Below are positions 40,178-49,605 of a stretch of DNA of 64,000 nt, piece after piece. The stretch is from Balneolaceae bacterium UBA2956 (GTDB lineage Bacteria; Bacteroidota; Rhodothermia; Balneolales; Balneolaceae), in assembly GCA_002348545.1 (NCBI GenBank), contig DEBM01000013.1, forward strand, positions 52,345 to 116,344, given 5' to 3'. A program made the position numbers and the translations under genes. How positions within the stretch are numbered: position 1 is the first letter of the stretch; each line of letters opens with the position of its first letter. The notes under the pieces were generated by a model. That model saw only the letters and a program-made list of their open reading frames with translations, made no database searches and was not told where the DNA came from.

Positions 40178-40710
40178 ACAGCAAAGCTTTCGCCGCATCC
40201 GCAGTTATCGGTAGCATTGGGATTATCGAATACAAACCCGCGTGCGTCTAGCCCGTCAGGATAGTCAATGCTGATCCCTTCTAAATAAATTAGGTGTTCT
40301 TTTTTTACAATAATCTCTACTCCAAAACTAACGTATATTCGATCATCGTCAGCAATGTGATCTAAGCCTAATTTATAACTAAGACCTGAACAGCCACCCC
40401 CCTCAACCGCAACACGCAAGTATAGTCCGGGTTCCAAGCTTTCCTGCTCCACAATTTTCTGTACTTGCCGAGCCGCTCGTTCGGTAAGCACAATGGGTCT
40501 CTCAATTTCTAAATCTAAATTTTCGACATTTTGTAGGCCCTCATCTATATGGGTTTGACCTACTGAAGAATCCTGAGAAATATTATCTTCATCCAAATCA
40601 ATTAACGAAGCAATTACTTCGTCCAATGAATCTTGTAACAATTCATTCGCGTCCAGTTTCTCTTCGCTGCTGCGCATAGATTTTTTGATTATATTTTTCT
40701 TTTGGCCCAT
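40174..40710 (-). CDS. HesB/IscA/ErpA-family Fe-S cluster insertion protein with an N-terminal extension of about 70 aa
   Basis: The core is LRVAVEGGGCSGLSYKL...DNCGCGESFAV, which contains the three conserved Cys. The first 70 or so residues are acidic and low-complexity. Confidence 0.8.
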   Translation of the reverse strand: MGQKKNIIKKSMRSSEEKLDANELLQDSLDEVIASLIDLDEDNISQDSSVGQTHIDEGLQNVENLDLEIERPIVLTERAARQVQKIVEQESLEPGLYLRVAVEGGGCSGLSYKLGLDHIADDDRIYVSFGVEIIVKKEHLIYLEGISIDYPDGLDARGFVFDNPNATDNCGCGESFAV

Positions 40711-40721
40711 ACCTTCTAAAA

Positions 40722-41429
40722 TTACACAGATTTTACAGAAAATGTGTAGTGTGCTTTACCGTCTTTTTCATAAAGGTCCAATACCCCCGCACTTACTAAA
40801 TTCACCAATATTTTGGCTGCCCTGTAGCTATTGATATGTGCAATATTAGAAAAATCTGATACTGTAATAACACTGTATTCTTTTAAATAACGGAATAAAA
40901 TTTGCTCTTTTTCACCATACTCAAAGGTAATTCCTTGGGTAGCCCCATTTTGCTTTAAAACCTGAATATATTCATTACTTGCCTCAACGCTAGCATCATC
41001 TACCCGAATATATACCTTCCGTATTTTACTAGATTTACTAGCTTTAACCTGTACTGGTTTTACTGGAGATTCAGGTACATTTACAATAAGAATATCCCGT
41101 TGCCCAATCTGAAAGAGTTCGAAGGTAATATTTACAGGTGGAACACATTCTTGCTCTGCTGCTTGTTTCAGCCAAAACTCCTCTTCCAAATAAGTCTCTA
41201 AACCGATCAACTCTCCCTTATCTCCCACTCCAACTAGTATGATTCCTCCTTCGGTATTAGCGAAAGCGGCAATTTCGCGTGCCAATTTTTCAGGGGATGT
41301 TACCTTCTGCTTAAACTCCAAAATGGACGATTCCCCTCTCTGAACCAGATTGGTCAAATCGGCTTTCGACATTGAACTAAACCTTGTTGTTCCCGAATAC
41401 TTTAAGTACTGTTCGTATTCCTCCATCAA
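40722..41429 (-). CDS. AlbA_2 (Schlafen-like) domain protein with a C-terminal winged-HTH-like region
   Basis: ESSILEFKQKVTSPEKLAREIAAFANTEGGIILVGVGDKGELIGL is the typical AlbA_2 N-terminal signature. The protein is 235 aa. Its start overlaps the gpsA stop by 4 nt. Confidence 0.6.
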   Translation of the reverse strand: MMEEYEQYLKYSGTTRFSSMSKADLTNLVQRGESSILEFKQKVTSPEKLAREIAAFANTEGGIILVGVGDKGELIGLETYLEEEFWLKQAAEQECVPPVNITFELFQIGQRDILIVNVPESPVKPVQVKASKSSKIRKVYIRVDDASVEASNEYIQVLKQNGATQGITFEYGEKEQILFRYLKEYSVITVSDFSNIAHINSYRAAKILVNLVSAGVLDLYEKDGKAHYTFSVKSV

Positions 41430-42451
41430 TAAATCCCCTGTAAACCTTCTTGTTTAGGATCGCGATTCATCAGCTGTATCATTACATCAATGGGGTTTAC
41501 TCCTTCGAAAAGCACTTGGTATACCGCTGAAGTAATGGGCATTTCAATCGAATTTTTTTGAGCCCAATAATATACCGCTTTAGTTGTTTTAACGCCTTCG
41601 GCTACCATCTCCATTCCACCAATAATCTCTTCTAGACTTTTCCCTTCTCCAATGAGATGTCCCAAACGGCGGTTACGGCTATGAGTTGAAGTACAAGTTA
41701 CTATAAGATCCCCAATTCCTGTAAGTCCAGAAAAGGTATCCATAAGTGCGCCAAAATGTGCCCCCATAAGCTTCATTTCATGCAAGCCGCGTGTAATAAG
41801 TGCCGCTTTAGTATTATCCCCCCATCCTGCACCGTCAATAACCCCAGCGGCTATAGCCATAATATTTTTAACGGAACCCCCTATTTCGACCCCTGCCACA
41901 TCATTATTAACATAAATACGAAACATAGGGGTCATACATGTATTCTGAATATAGGTAGCCACCTGAGAAGAATACGATGTTGCTACAACCGTTGTTGGTT
42001 TTTGATGTGCCACCTCTTCGGCGTGGCTAGGCCCTGATAATACTCCAATCTGGTCAGGGCTAATCACATCTTCAAGTACATCAACCAGTACCTGAGACAT
42101 TGTTTTAAAGCTGTTCTGTTCAATTCCTTTTGACACAGTTAAGACAACTTCATTGCCACTAAGCATCGTTTTTATTCGACTAGCCATATCGCGTAAGGTA
42201 TGTGATGGGGTCGCTAACACCAATAGATCTTTTTCTTGTACAACTTCTAATAACCCAGATACGGCAAGAACCGCATCAGGCAACACTAGATGCGGCAAAT
42301 ATCTAGGATTAAAATGAAAGGAATTTATATGTGCAACAATTTCTGGTTCTCTAGCCCAAACTTGGACTTGGTTCCCAGCCTCATAAAACACCTTTGCTAA
42401 TGCTGTTCCAAAGCTGCCTGCCCCAATAATCCCAATACGTTGTTTGCTCAT
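41426..42451 (-). CDS. gpsA: NAD(P)H-dependent glycerol-3-phosphate dehydrogenase
   Basis: IGIIGAGSFGTALA, GPSHAEEV and VKNIMAIAAG motifs are present. Confidence 0.9.
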   Translation of the reverse strand: MSKQRIGIIGAGSFGTALAKVFYEAGNQVQVWAREPEIVAHINSFHFNPRYLPHLVLPDAVLAVSGLLEVVQEKDLLVLATPSHTLRDMASRIKTMLSGNEVVLTVSKGIEQNSFKTMSQVLVDVLEDVISPDQIGVLSGPSHAEEVAHQKPTTVVATSYSSQVATYIQNTCMTPMFRIYVNNDVAGVEIGGSVKNIMAIAAGVIDGAGWGDNTKAALITRGLHEMKLMGAHFGALMDTFSGLTGIGDLIVTCTSTHSRNRRLGHLIGEGKSLEEIIGGMEMVAEGVKTTKAVYYWAQKNSIEMPITSAVYQVLFEGVNPIDVMIQLMNRDPKQEGLQGIY

Positions 42452-42460
42452 AATTAGCTT

Positions 42461-43156
42461 TTAATTCACCGAGGATGTGCCCGCTTCAGTAGAAGCAATG
42501 GTTGATGTCCCTGCACCGACTTTATTTTCAGTACCAGCGATTAAGCGACCGATATTTGGTTTATGTTTATAAATTATTCCAAATGCTATCATGCCAGCAA
42601 TGATGATTATGCTCCCATCTACATACCTGTCCAAACCATAGCGCATAATTAATAAAGTAATTGGATAAATGGCAGTAGAAACGATAGACGCCAAGGAAAC
42701 ATACTTGGTGGTCCATACGATGAATCCAAAAAGTGCAAACGAAATGCCAATGGAAATAGGCTCGATACCAAAAAGCATTCCGCAGGCCGTCGCTGCACCT
42801 TTTCCACCTTTAAAGCCAGCAAAAACAGGAAACATATGACCAAATACAGCCGCCATTCCGCAAGAAATACTAAGAAAGGCCTCTACGTCCCAATTAGGGG
42901 GGGCCAATGGCCCGCTAAACCAAAAAAAGGCTAAGCCACTAATCCAAAATGAACTCACAAAACCTTTCATAAAATCTAATACAAAAACAGTTACACCAAA
43001 GGGTATACCTAATACTCGAAATGTATTGGTAGTGCCTGCATTTCCGCTTCCGTGTTCACGCACGTCTATTCCTTTGAAGGCTTTACCCACCCATATCGCG
43101 GAAGGTGTAGAGCCTAACAAATAGCTTATAAAAAGTACGGTTACGGTTGCCGCCAT
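42461..43156 (-). CDS. plsY: glycerol-3-phosphate acyltransferase PlsY
   Basis: A polytopic membrane protein with GSGNAGTTN and FKGGKG motifs. Confidence 0.9.
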   Translation of the reverse strand: MAATVTVLFISYLLGSTPSAIWVGKAFKGIDVREHGSGNAGTTNTFRVLGIPFGVTVFVLDFMKGFVSSFWISGLAFFWFSGPLAPPNWDVEAFLSISCGMAAVFGHMFPVFAGFKGGKGAATACGMLFGIEPISIGISFALFGFIVWTTKYVSLASIVSTAIYPITLLIMRYGLDRYVDGSIIIIAGMIAFGIIYKHKPNIGRLIAGTENKVGAGTSTIASTEAGTSSVN

Positions 43157-43196
43157 TCTAATTCCGACTAGTTAATTAACAAAGGTGCATATCACA

Positions 43197-44102
43197 CTAA
43201 ATGTGGCGCTCGGCATGATACGAAGAACGGACCAATGGACCGCTCTCAACATGCTCGATCCCTATATGCTCACCTATTTCTTTGTATTCAGCAAACTGAT
43301 CCGGATGAATCCAATCTTTCACTGGGTGATGCATTTTGGTCGGCTGCATATACTGCCCAATAGTAAGTACGTCCACTTGGTGATTCGCACAATCTTGCAT
43401 GAGCTCAATAACCTGTTCTCTAGTTTCACCTAGCCCAACCATAATCCCCGTTTTAGAACGAATTCCCGCTTCTTTAGTACGCAACAACAGATCAAGCGAT
43501 CGTTGGTATTTGGCCTGTGGGCGAACTCTACGGTAGAGTGCAGGTACTGTTTCTAAATTATGACTCAATACATCAGGCGGAGTAGCCAATACAATTTGTA
43601 AAGTCTCCCAATCACCCTTAAAGTCAGGAATAAGAGATTCAATTGTAACTCCGTAAATGACGCGCCGCAATTCGGTGTGAGTTGCCGCAAAAATAGGCGC
43701 CCCTCCATCCTTTCTGTCATCTCGATTTATAGATGTTAAAACAACGTGTTTAAGACCCATCTTACGTGCTGCATCCGCTACGCGTACTGGTTCCTCCCAA
43801 TCTAATTCAGCAGGGGGCCGACCCGTTTTAATGGCACAGAAAGCACAGGATCTCGTGCATACATCACCTAGAAGCATAAAAGTCGCTGTCCCTGCACCCC
43901 AGCATTCGCCCATATTAGGGCAACGAGCTTCCGAGCAAACCGTATTTAACTTATGCTCATTTATTGTGTCGAGTACTTCTTTAAACTTTTCGCCAGAAGG
44001 AAGCTTGACGCGTAACCAATCAGGTCGTCTTTTGGTAATAGCACGATCTACTACATTCAATTCTTTAATCATAAATTTGCTCCTTTCTGCGATGCCCATC
44101 AT
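43197..44102 (-). CDS. lipA: lipoyl synthase
   Basis: CSEARCPNMGECW (auxiliary cluster) and CTRSCAFCAI (radical SAM CxxxCxxC) are present. Confidence 0.92.
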   Translation of the reverse strand: MMGIAERSKFMIKELNVVDRAITKRRPDWLRVKLPSGEKFKEVLDTINEHKLNTVCSEARCPNMGECWGAGTATFMLLGDVCTRSCAFCAIKTGRPPAELDWEEPVRVADAARKMGLKHVVLTSINRDDRKDGGAPIFAATHTELRRVIYGVTIESLIPDFKGDWETLQIVLATPPDVLSHNLETVPALYRRVRPQAKYQRSLDLLLRTKEAGIRSKTGIMVGLGETREQVIELMQDCANHQVDVLTIGQYMQPTKMHHPVKDWIHPDQFAEYKEIGEHIGIEHVESGPLVRSSYHAERHI

Positions 44103-44133
44103 AGACGATTATTAAACCTTTTCAACAGGTTCA

Positions 44134-44901
44134 TCATCCATTGTGTACTGTATTAAAATACGAAATTTTATCTTGTAGTTCTCTGCCACCACCTACCCAA
44201 TGAGCCTGCATTTGAAAAACCTCCTCAAAGGATTGAACTATCTGTTTTTTAACCAAATCCAGAGAGATTTCCGTTCCTAACTCCCGCTGCAGGCTTGTAA
44301 CATGTTTATCTTGAATGCCACAAGGGACAATATGAGAAAAGTAGTCCATATCGGTAGACACATTAAGAGCAAATCCGTGCATAGTCACCCATCTAGAGGA
44401 GCGAATGCCCATCGCTGCTATTTTTCGATTTTTGAGCCAAACACCTGTCTGACCTTCTGCCCTGCCAGCTTCTAGCTCATACTGGGCCAAAGTGCGAATT
44501 AGTACCTCTTCTAAATAGCGTAGATATTTATGTATATCGGTAAAGTGGCGATCCAAATCCATTATCGGGTATCCAACAACCTGCCCTGGGCCATGGTAGG
44601 TGATGTCCCCTCCACGATCCACCGGGACAAATTCAGCCTCAATCTCGTCAAGTTCCTCTACAGAGCGTAACAAATGTTCAGTATTTCCACTTTTGCCCAA
44701 AGTATACACATGTGGATGCTCTACAAGAAGCAGCACATCGGCTAGATCGTCATCTGTATATTCCTTGTGTCCCGGATTTCTCTTTTGCTGGATAAGCGCT
44801 TTTTGAAGTTCCTTTTGAAAATCCCAAACACCACGGTACCCAGCTCTTTCTAGGTCATAAACCTCTAGAATTGAACTAGCTTCCGGAGCATCATCCTTCA
44901 T
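44134..44901 (-). CDS. lipB: lipoyl(octanoyl) transferase
   Basis: DRGGDITYHGPGQVVGYPI, KIAAMGIR and the catalytic Cys context VPCGI are present. Confidence 0.9.
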   Translation of the reverse strand: MKDDAPEASSILEVYDLERAGYRGVWDFQKELQKALIQQKRNPGHKEYTDDDLADVLLLVEHPHVYTLGKSGNTEHLLRSVEELDEIEAEFVPVDRGGDITYHGPGQVVGYPIMDLDRHFTDIHKYLRYLEEVLIRTLAQYELEAGRAEGQTGVWLKNRKIAAMGIRSSRWVTMHGFALNVSTDMDYFSHIVPCGIQDKHVTSLQRELGTEISLDLVKKQIVQSFEEVFQMQAHWVGGGRELQDKISYFNTVHNG

Positions 44902-44922
44902 ATCATTAGTCTAATTTATGAC

Positions 44923-46341
44923 TTATTTTTCAACTGGGGTACCTAAATGAACCCCTTCATTATAGGCTTCAGCTACCGCCTCCATTACTGCTTCTGACAG
45001 GGTTGGATGAGGATGAACAGCGCTGATTATCTCGTGCCCAGTAGTCTCTAAGTCTCTAGCAACTACTGCTTCAGCTATCATTTCGGTAACACCAAAACCA
45101 ATCATGTGGCAACCTAACCACTCTCCATATTTGGCATCAAATACCACTTTTACAAATCCTTCCTCGTGTCCTAGGGCCGTTGCTTTACCGCTAGCAGATA
45201 ATGGAAATCTACCCACTTTAACATCATAACCCGCTTCTTTGGCTGCGGCTTCAGTCAGACCAACAGATGCTACTTGAGGCTCACAATAAGTACAACCTGG
45301 AATGTTTTCATAATTAATTACTTTCGGATTTTTACCCGATAGTTGTTCAATGAGTACAATAGCTTCGTGAGAGGCTTTATGAGCCAACCATGGGGCACCA
45401 GTAACGTCACCAACCGCATAAATACCTTCCACTCCAGTGGAATAGGTAGATCGGTCCACCACAATGGCCCCTCGTTCTATCTTAACGCCTATTTCTTCTA
45501 GGCCTAATCCTTCAACATTACCGGTCACTCCAACGGCTGATAGCACCACATCCGCCTCAATCTTTTGCTCACCTTTTTTGGTCTTAACGGTTACTTCTAC
45601 CCCTTTTCCTTTTTTAGTAACCAACTCAACCGTACTTTCAGTAAGGACATTCATTCCTTTTTTCTTGTAGATTTTACCCAGTTCTCTACCCACATCGGTA
45701 TCTTCAACCGGTACTAAGGTCTTCTGCAATTCAACTAAGGTGACTTCCGTACCAATAGTATTATAAAAATACGCAAACTCAACTCCAATCGCGCCAGCAC
45801 CCACGATAACCATCTTCTTTGGCTGCTTATCCATCGTCATTGCGGCCTCAGAATCGATAATCATTTTACCGTCAATAGGAAGATTCGGCAGTATGCGAGG
45901 GCGGGCACCCGTAGCAATAATGAAGTGGTTTGCTTTAATTCGATCGATCACTTTACCTGACTCATTCTGTACTTCTAACTCGGTTTTAGAGGCAAACACC
46001 CCAGTCCCCATAAATACCTTGATTTTATTAGCCTTCATTAGGAACTGAACCCCTTTACTCATCTTATTCGCTACGCCTCGGCTTCGCTTTACCATACCAG
46101 TAAAATCAGCCTTAGAACCAGTCACATCAATTCCGTAATCTGAGGCATGCTGAATAGATTCGAGCACTTCAGCAGAACGTAATAGTGCTTTAGTCGGTAT
46201 ACATCCAATATTTAAACAAACCCCACCGAGATGTCGTTTTTCTACAATTGCCGTAGAAAAGCCAAGTTGAGAAGCTCTAATTGCTGCCACATAACCACCG
46301 GGGCCTGAACCTATTACGCATATATCAAACTCTTTAGCCAT
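44923..46341 (-). CDS. lpdA: dihydrolipoyl dehydrogenase (E3)
   Basis: The FAD motif GSGPGGY, the redox disulfide GGVCLNIGCIPTK, GAGAIGVE and the C-terminal HPHPTLSE are present. Confidence 0.9.
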   Translation of the reverse strand: MAKEFDICVIGSGPGGYVAAIRASQLGFSTAIVEKRHLGGVCLNIGCIPTKALLRSAEVLESIQHASDYGIDVTGSKADFTGMVKRSRGVANKMSKGVQFLMKANKIKVFMGTGVFASKTELEVQNESGKVIDRIKANHFIIATGARPRILPNLPIDGKMIIDSEAAMTMDKQPKKMVIVGAGAIGVEFAYFYNTIGTEVTLVELQKTLVPVEDTDVGRELGKIYKKKGMNVLTESTVELVTKKGKGVEVTVKTKKGEQKIEADVVLSAVGVTGNVEGLGLEEIGVKIERGAIVVDRSTYSTGVEGIYAVGDVTGAPWLAHKASHEAIVLIEQLSGKNPKVINYENIPGCTYCEPQVASVGLTEAAAKEAGYDVKVGRFPLSASGKATALGHEEGFVKVVFDAKYGEWLGCHMIGFGVTEMIAEAVVARDLETTGHEIISAVHPHPTLSEAVMEAVAEAYNEGVHLGTPVEK

Positions 46342-46607
46342 AATTCTTTTTCTTCGATTAGGTTTGTATTTACCTCATTTAATTGGGTTTAAGTCGTCGG
46401 GCCCGCCTAAGATTGATACCTATACGACTCGTAAGCTCCCAAATAAAAAAGAGGTTAAAAGAAACAATATTTAAATTCAAATATAAGGCATTTATAGTTG
46501 ATAGTCATATGAGATTCCTATCAAAATCCTGTATAAACTGGTTTATGTATTTGGCAAATCTTTGCTATACTGAGACACAATGTTTTAACATAGAAACTAA
46601 TTGGCCT

Positions 46608-47540
46608 ATGAAACCTTATATTTATCCAACACAAAAAAAATCTGCCAGCTATGCTAAACTAGCTTCCTTAGAGCTTCAAAAAAAAACTTTGCTTAAACAA
46701 ATCTATCATATACTTCAGCATATTTTTAGCTCTGGACTCGCCATAGGCCTTTCAATTACTTTCTTGGGGGGAGAATTCACTCATGCACAATCTGTTAAGT
46801 CTACAATGCAAGCCCCTGAAATCGATGCCCAAAACATACCAGCAAATATTCAACAACGAATAACATTAATTGAGAGCCAATATAACGACATGGGATGGGA
46901 TTTAAGCGAATATCTTGTTGATAATAGATTCCAATACATTGAGGGGATTACCAAAAAATTCACCCGTTCCGCTGAACGTCGAATTGAAAGCTTTGAGGAT
47001 TACAAGAAAATATTAGCCTACGAAATAAAAAAAAATAAATTAGCCGACTTCTATGACGCTTACTCCACTGAGTTGCTAGCTGCAGAAAAAGAATTTGGGA
47101 TCCCTAAAGAAATTATTATGGGTATTTTAGGGGTGGAATCTGAATTTGGCCGCTACAAGGGGAGTTATAACCCACTCAACGCATATATCTCCATGATGGC
47201 AGAAGATTATAGATACAGTTTTGCCGAGGCACAACTTATCGAGTTACTTCGTTTTTGTAAGAGAACCGGCTTAGATGTTATGAGTTTACAATCCAGCTAC
47301 GCCGGGGCTATGTCCTATGCCCAGTTTATCCCCTACTCACTAAACAGGTGGTGGAAAAACAGTGCGGGTCAAGGACTGTATCATATGCCAGATAACATCC
47401 GCTCCGTAGCAAATTATTTAGCTCACTTTACCAAAATCGAAGGAAATATCAACGATGCGATATTACGATACAATACGAGTTCACTGTATCAGCAAGCTGT
47501 ACTTTCCTTGGCCGAAGATGCTAAGCAAGTAATTCCTTAA
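46608..47540 (+). CDS. lytic murein transglycosylase (MltB / SLT_2-like)
   Basis: The catalytic-Glu motif is GILGVESEFGRY, followed by AGAMSYAQFIP. The track ORF starts at a TTG at 46383. I prefer the ATG at 46608 ahead of a hydrophobic segment, but the start is uncertain. Confidence 0.7.
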   Translation: MKPYIYPTQKKSASYAKLASLELQKKTLLKQIYHILQHIFSSGLAIGLSITFLGGEFTHAQSVKSTMQAPEIDAQNIPANIQQRITLIESQYNDMGWDLSEYLVDNRFQYIEGITKKFTRSAERRIESFEDYKKILAYEIKKNKLADFYDAYSTELLAAEKEFGIPKEIIMGILGVESEFGRYKGSYNPLNAYISMMAEDYRYSFAEAQLIELLRFCKRTGLDVMSLQSSYAGAMSYAQFIPYSLNRWWKNSAGQGLYHMPDNIRSVANYLAHFTKIEGNINDAILRYNTSSLYQQAVLSLAEDAKQVIP

Positions 47541-47898
47541 CCATACAACCCAAAAAATCTCTTCTTAAGAAAGCTTAGCGGTTTTATTATTTCTTGAGCC
47601 AGACTCGCCTTATCCAGGGACTATATAAACCTTTTGTTTCTTCATCTAAGTCATGGGACTAAATCTTGATATTTAAATAGTTATTTTACATTAAACTTAG
47701 AAAAAATATAGGATCAGGCTAATAGGATAAATTCGTAGCGATTGAATGATTTTTTTAATCCATTTTGGCTCTAGAAAACAGATCTAATAGGTATATAATC
47801 GGCTATATGTATTATTCGATCTAGTATACCAAGCTCTATACTAAGCTTGCTCATTTCTAGATCTTTATTTGAGAACCTGTGTTTTTGCTGTTTTTGAA

Positions 47899-49509
47899 TT
47901 AACCTTGCTTAAACTTAAATAGTTGTTCGATTCCAATTTTTTCTTCTGCCTGTTGGAGGGCATACATAGAGTCGAAAAGGACAATTGGATTTTCTTCCAA
48001 ATCCTTTGTTACATGGGTGGAGTAAGCCGACTCCAAGTTTAAAATGATGTCAGCTCTATCATTAGGCAACCACCTTGCGCAATGATAAACTACCGGTGTC
48101 TTGACCAATTCAACATTGTATTCTTCGCGCATTCTATGTTCAACTACTTCAAACTGTAAAACTCCAACTGTACCCAAAAGAAGTTCATTTCCTACGCCAT
48201 TTGGAACCTCAAATACATGAACCACTCCTTCCTCAGAGAGTTGTTTCAGGCCTTCTCTTAGCTGTTTCCGCTTGAATGGGTCTTTCGTAGCTACTTTCTG
48301 AAAATGTTCTGGTGTAAATAGAGGTATAATATCAAACTGCACAGGATTTTTTGCATATAGAGTTGTCCCAATACGAAAATATCCAGGGTTAAAAATGGAT
48401 ACAATATCACCTGGGTAAGCCTCTTCTAGCAATTGCCGGTCATCCCCCATAAGGGTATGTGGTGTTGCCAATTTTAGTTTCTTACCCGTATGAGAGATTA
48501 CCACCTCCTGTCCTCTCTTAAACTTACCAGAGGCTATACGAATAAAAGCCGCGCAGTCTCGGTGGCCTGGATTCATATTGGCTTGCATTTTAAAAATGAA
48601 GCCTGAAAATTCATCCTCCAGTTCTCTTTGCTCTCCTACCGAATATTCATATCCTTGTGGCGATGGAGCTAAGCGGTGGAAATACTGTAAGAATACATCC
48701 AAGCCAAAGTTATTTAATGCGCTCCCAAAAAAAACAGGGGTTACTTTACCTTCACTATACAGATCGAGATCCATTCCTGCATAAATATCGTCAATGAGCA
48801 AAAGCTCTTCCAAAAATGACGTTTTCTCGAGATTTGATAAATTACTTCTCTCCAATGCTTCTTCTGGGCCAAGTAAATCAGTAGTAGCCTTTTTGGCTCC
48901 ATGATTGGCTTTTTCATAGACATGTACTTTCTTAGCCTGGACATCATAAATACCTTGAAACTTTTGCCCATACCCCATAGGCCAGCTGGCCGGTACAGCT
49001 TCAATGCCTAACTTATTCTCAATATTGCTAAGTACTCCCAATGGCTCCATACCGGGACGATCACACTTGTTTACAAAGGTAATGACCGGAACCTCACGCA
49101 ATTTACATACCTCAAAGAGCTTTTCGGTTTGTTCCTCTACACCTTTTGCCACATCGATCACCATTAAACCCGAATCAGCGGCCACTAAGGTCCTCAAGGT
49201 GTCCTCAGAGAAGTCTTTGTGGCCTGGTGTGTCCAATAAATTATACTTGATCCCATCCTTTTCGAAGCGCATAACAGAAGAGGTCACCGAAATACCTCGT
49301 TCTTTTTCAATAGCCATCCAATCCGAAGCCGCATGATGCGTAGCCTTACGAGCTCGTACGGAACCCGCTTCGTGAATAGCCCCACCATATAGCAACAGCT
49401 TTTCAGTGAGTGTTGTCTTACCTGCATCTGGATGAGATATAATTGCAAAAGTACGCCGTTTTAAGGCCTCAGTAGAAATACATGTTTCGCTGGTAACCGC
49501 TTTGCTCAT
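47899..49509 (-). CDS. prfC: peptide chain release factor 3
   Basis: The GTPase motifs are AIISHPDAGKTTLTEKLL, DTPGHKDF and NKCD. The length is 536 aa. Confidence 0.92.
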   Translation of the reverse strand: MSKAVTSETCISTEALKRRTFAIISHPDAGKTTLTEKLLLYGGAIHEAGSVRARKATHHAASDWMAIEKERGISVTSSVMRFEKDGIKYNLLDTPGHKDFSEDTLRTLVAADSGLMVIDVAKGVEEQTEKLFEVCKLREVPVITFVNKCDRPGMEPLGVLSNIENKLGIEAVPASWPMGYGQKFQGIYDVQAKKVHVYEKANHGAKKATTDLLGPEEALERSNLSNLEKTSFLEELLLIDDIYAGMDLDLYSEGKVTPVFFGSALNNFGLDVFLQYFHRLAPSPQGYEYSVGEQRELEDEFSGFIFKMQANMNPGHRDCAAFIRIASGKFKRGQEVVISHTGKKLKLATPHTLMGDDRQLLEEAYPGDIVSIFNPGYFRIGTTLYAKNPVQFDIIPLFTPEHFQKVATKDPFKRKQLREGLKQLSEEGVVHVFEVPNGVGNELLLGTVGVLQFEVVEHRMREEYNVELVKTPVVYHCARWLPNDRADIILNLESAYSTHVTKDLEENPIVLFDSMYALQQAEEKIGIEQLFKFKQG

Positions 49510-49605
49510 GAAGTTTTGATTAGTTTAAAATGAATAAAGTACGACCTTTTTCTGCCTATTCCAGCACCATAAACTTAATTTTGGTCCTCAAGTCTTTAAT
49601 ACCTA

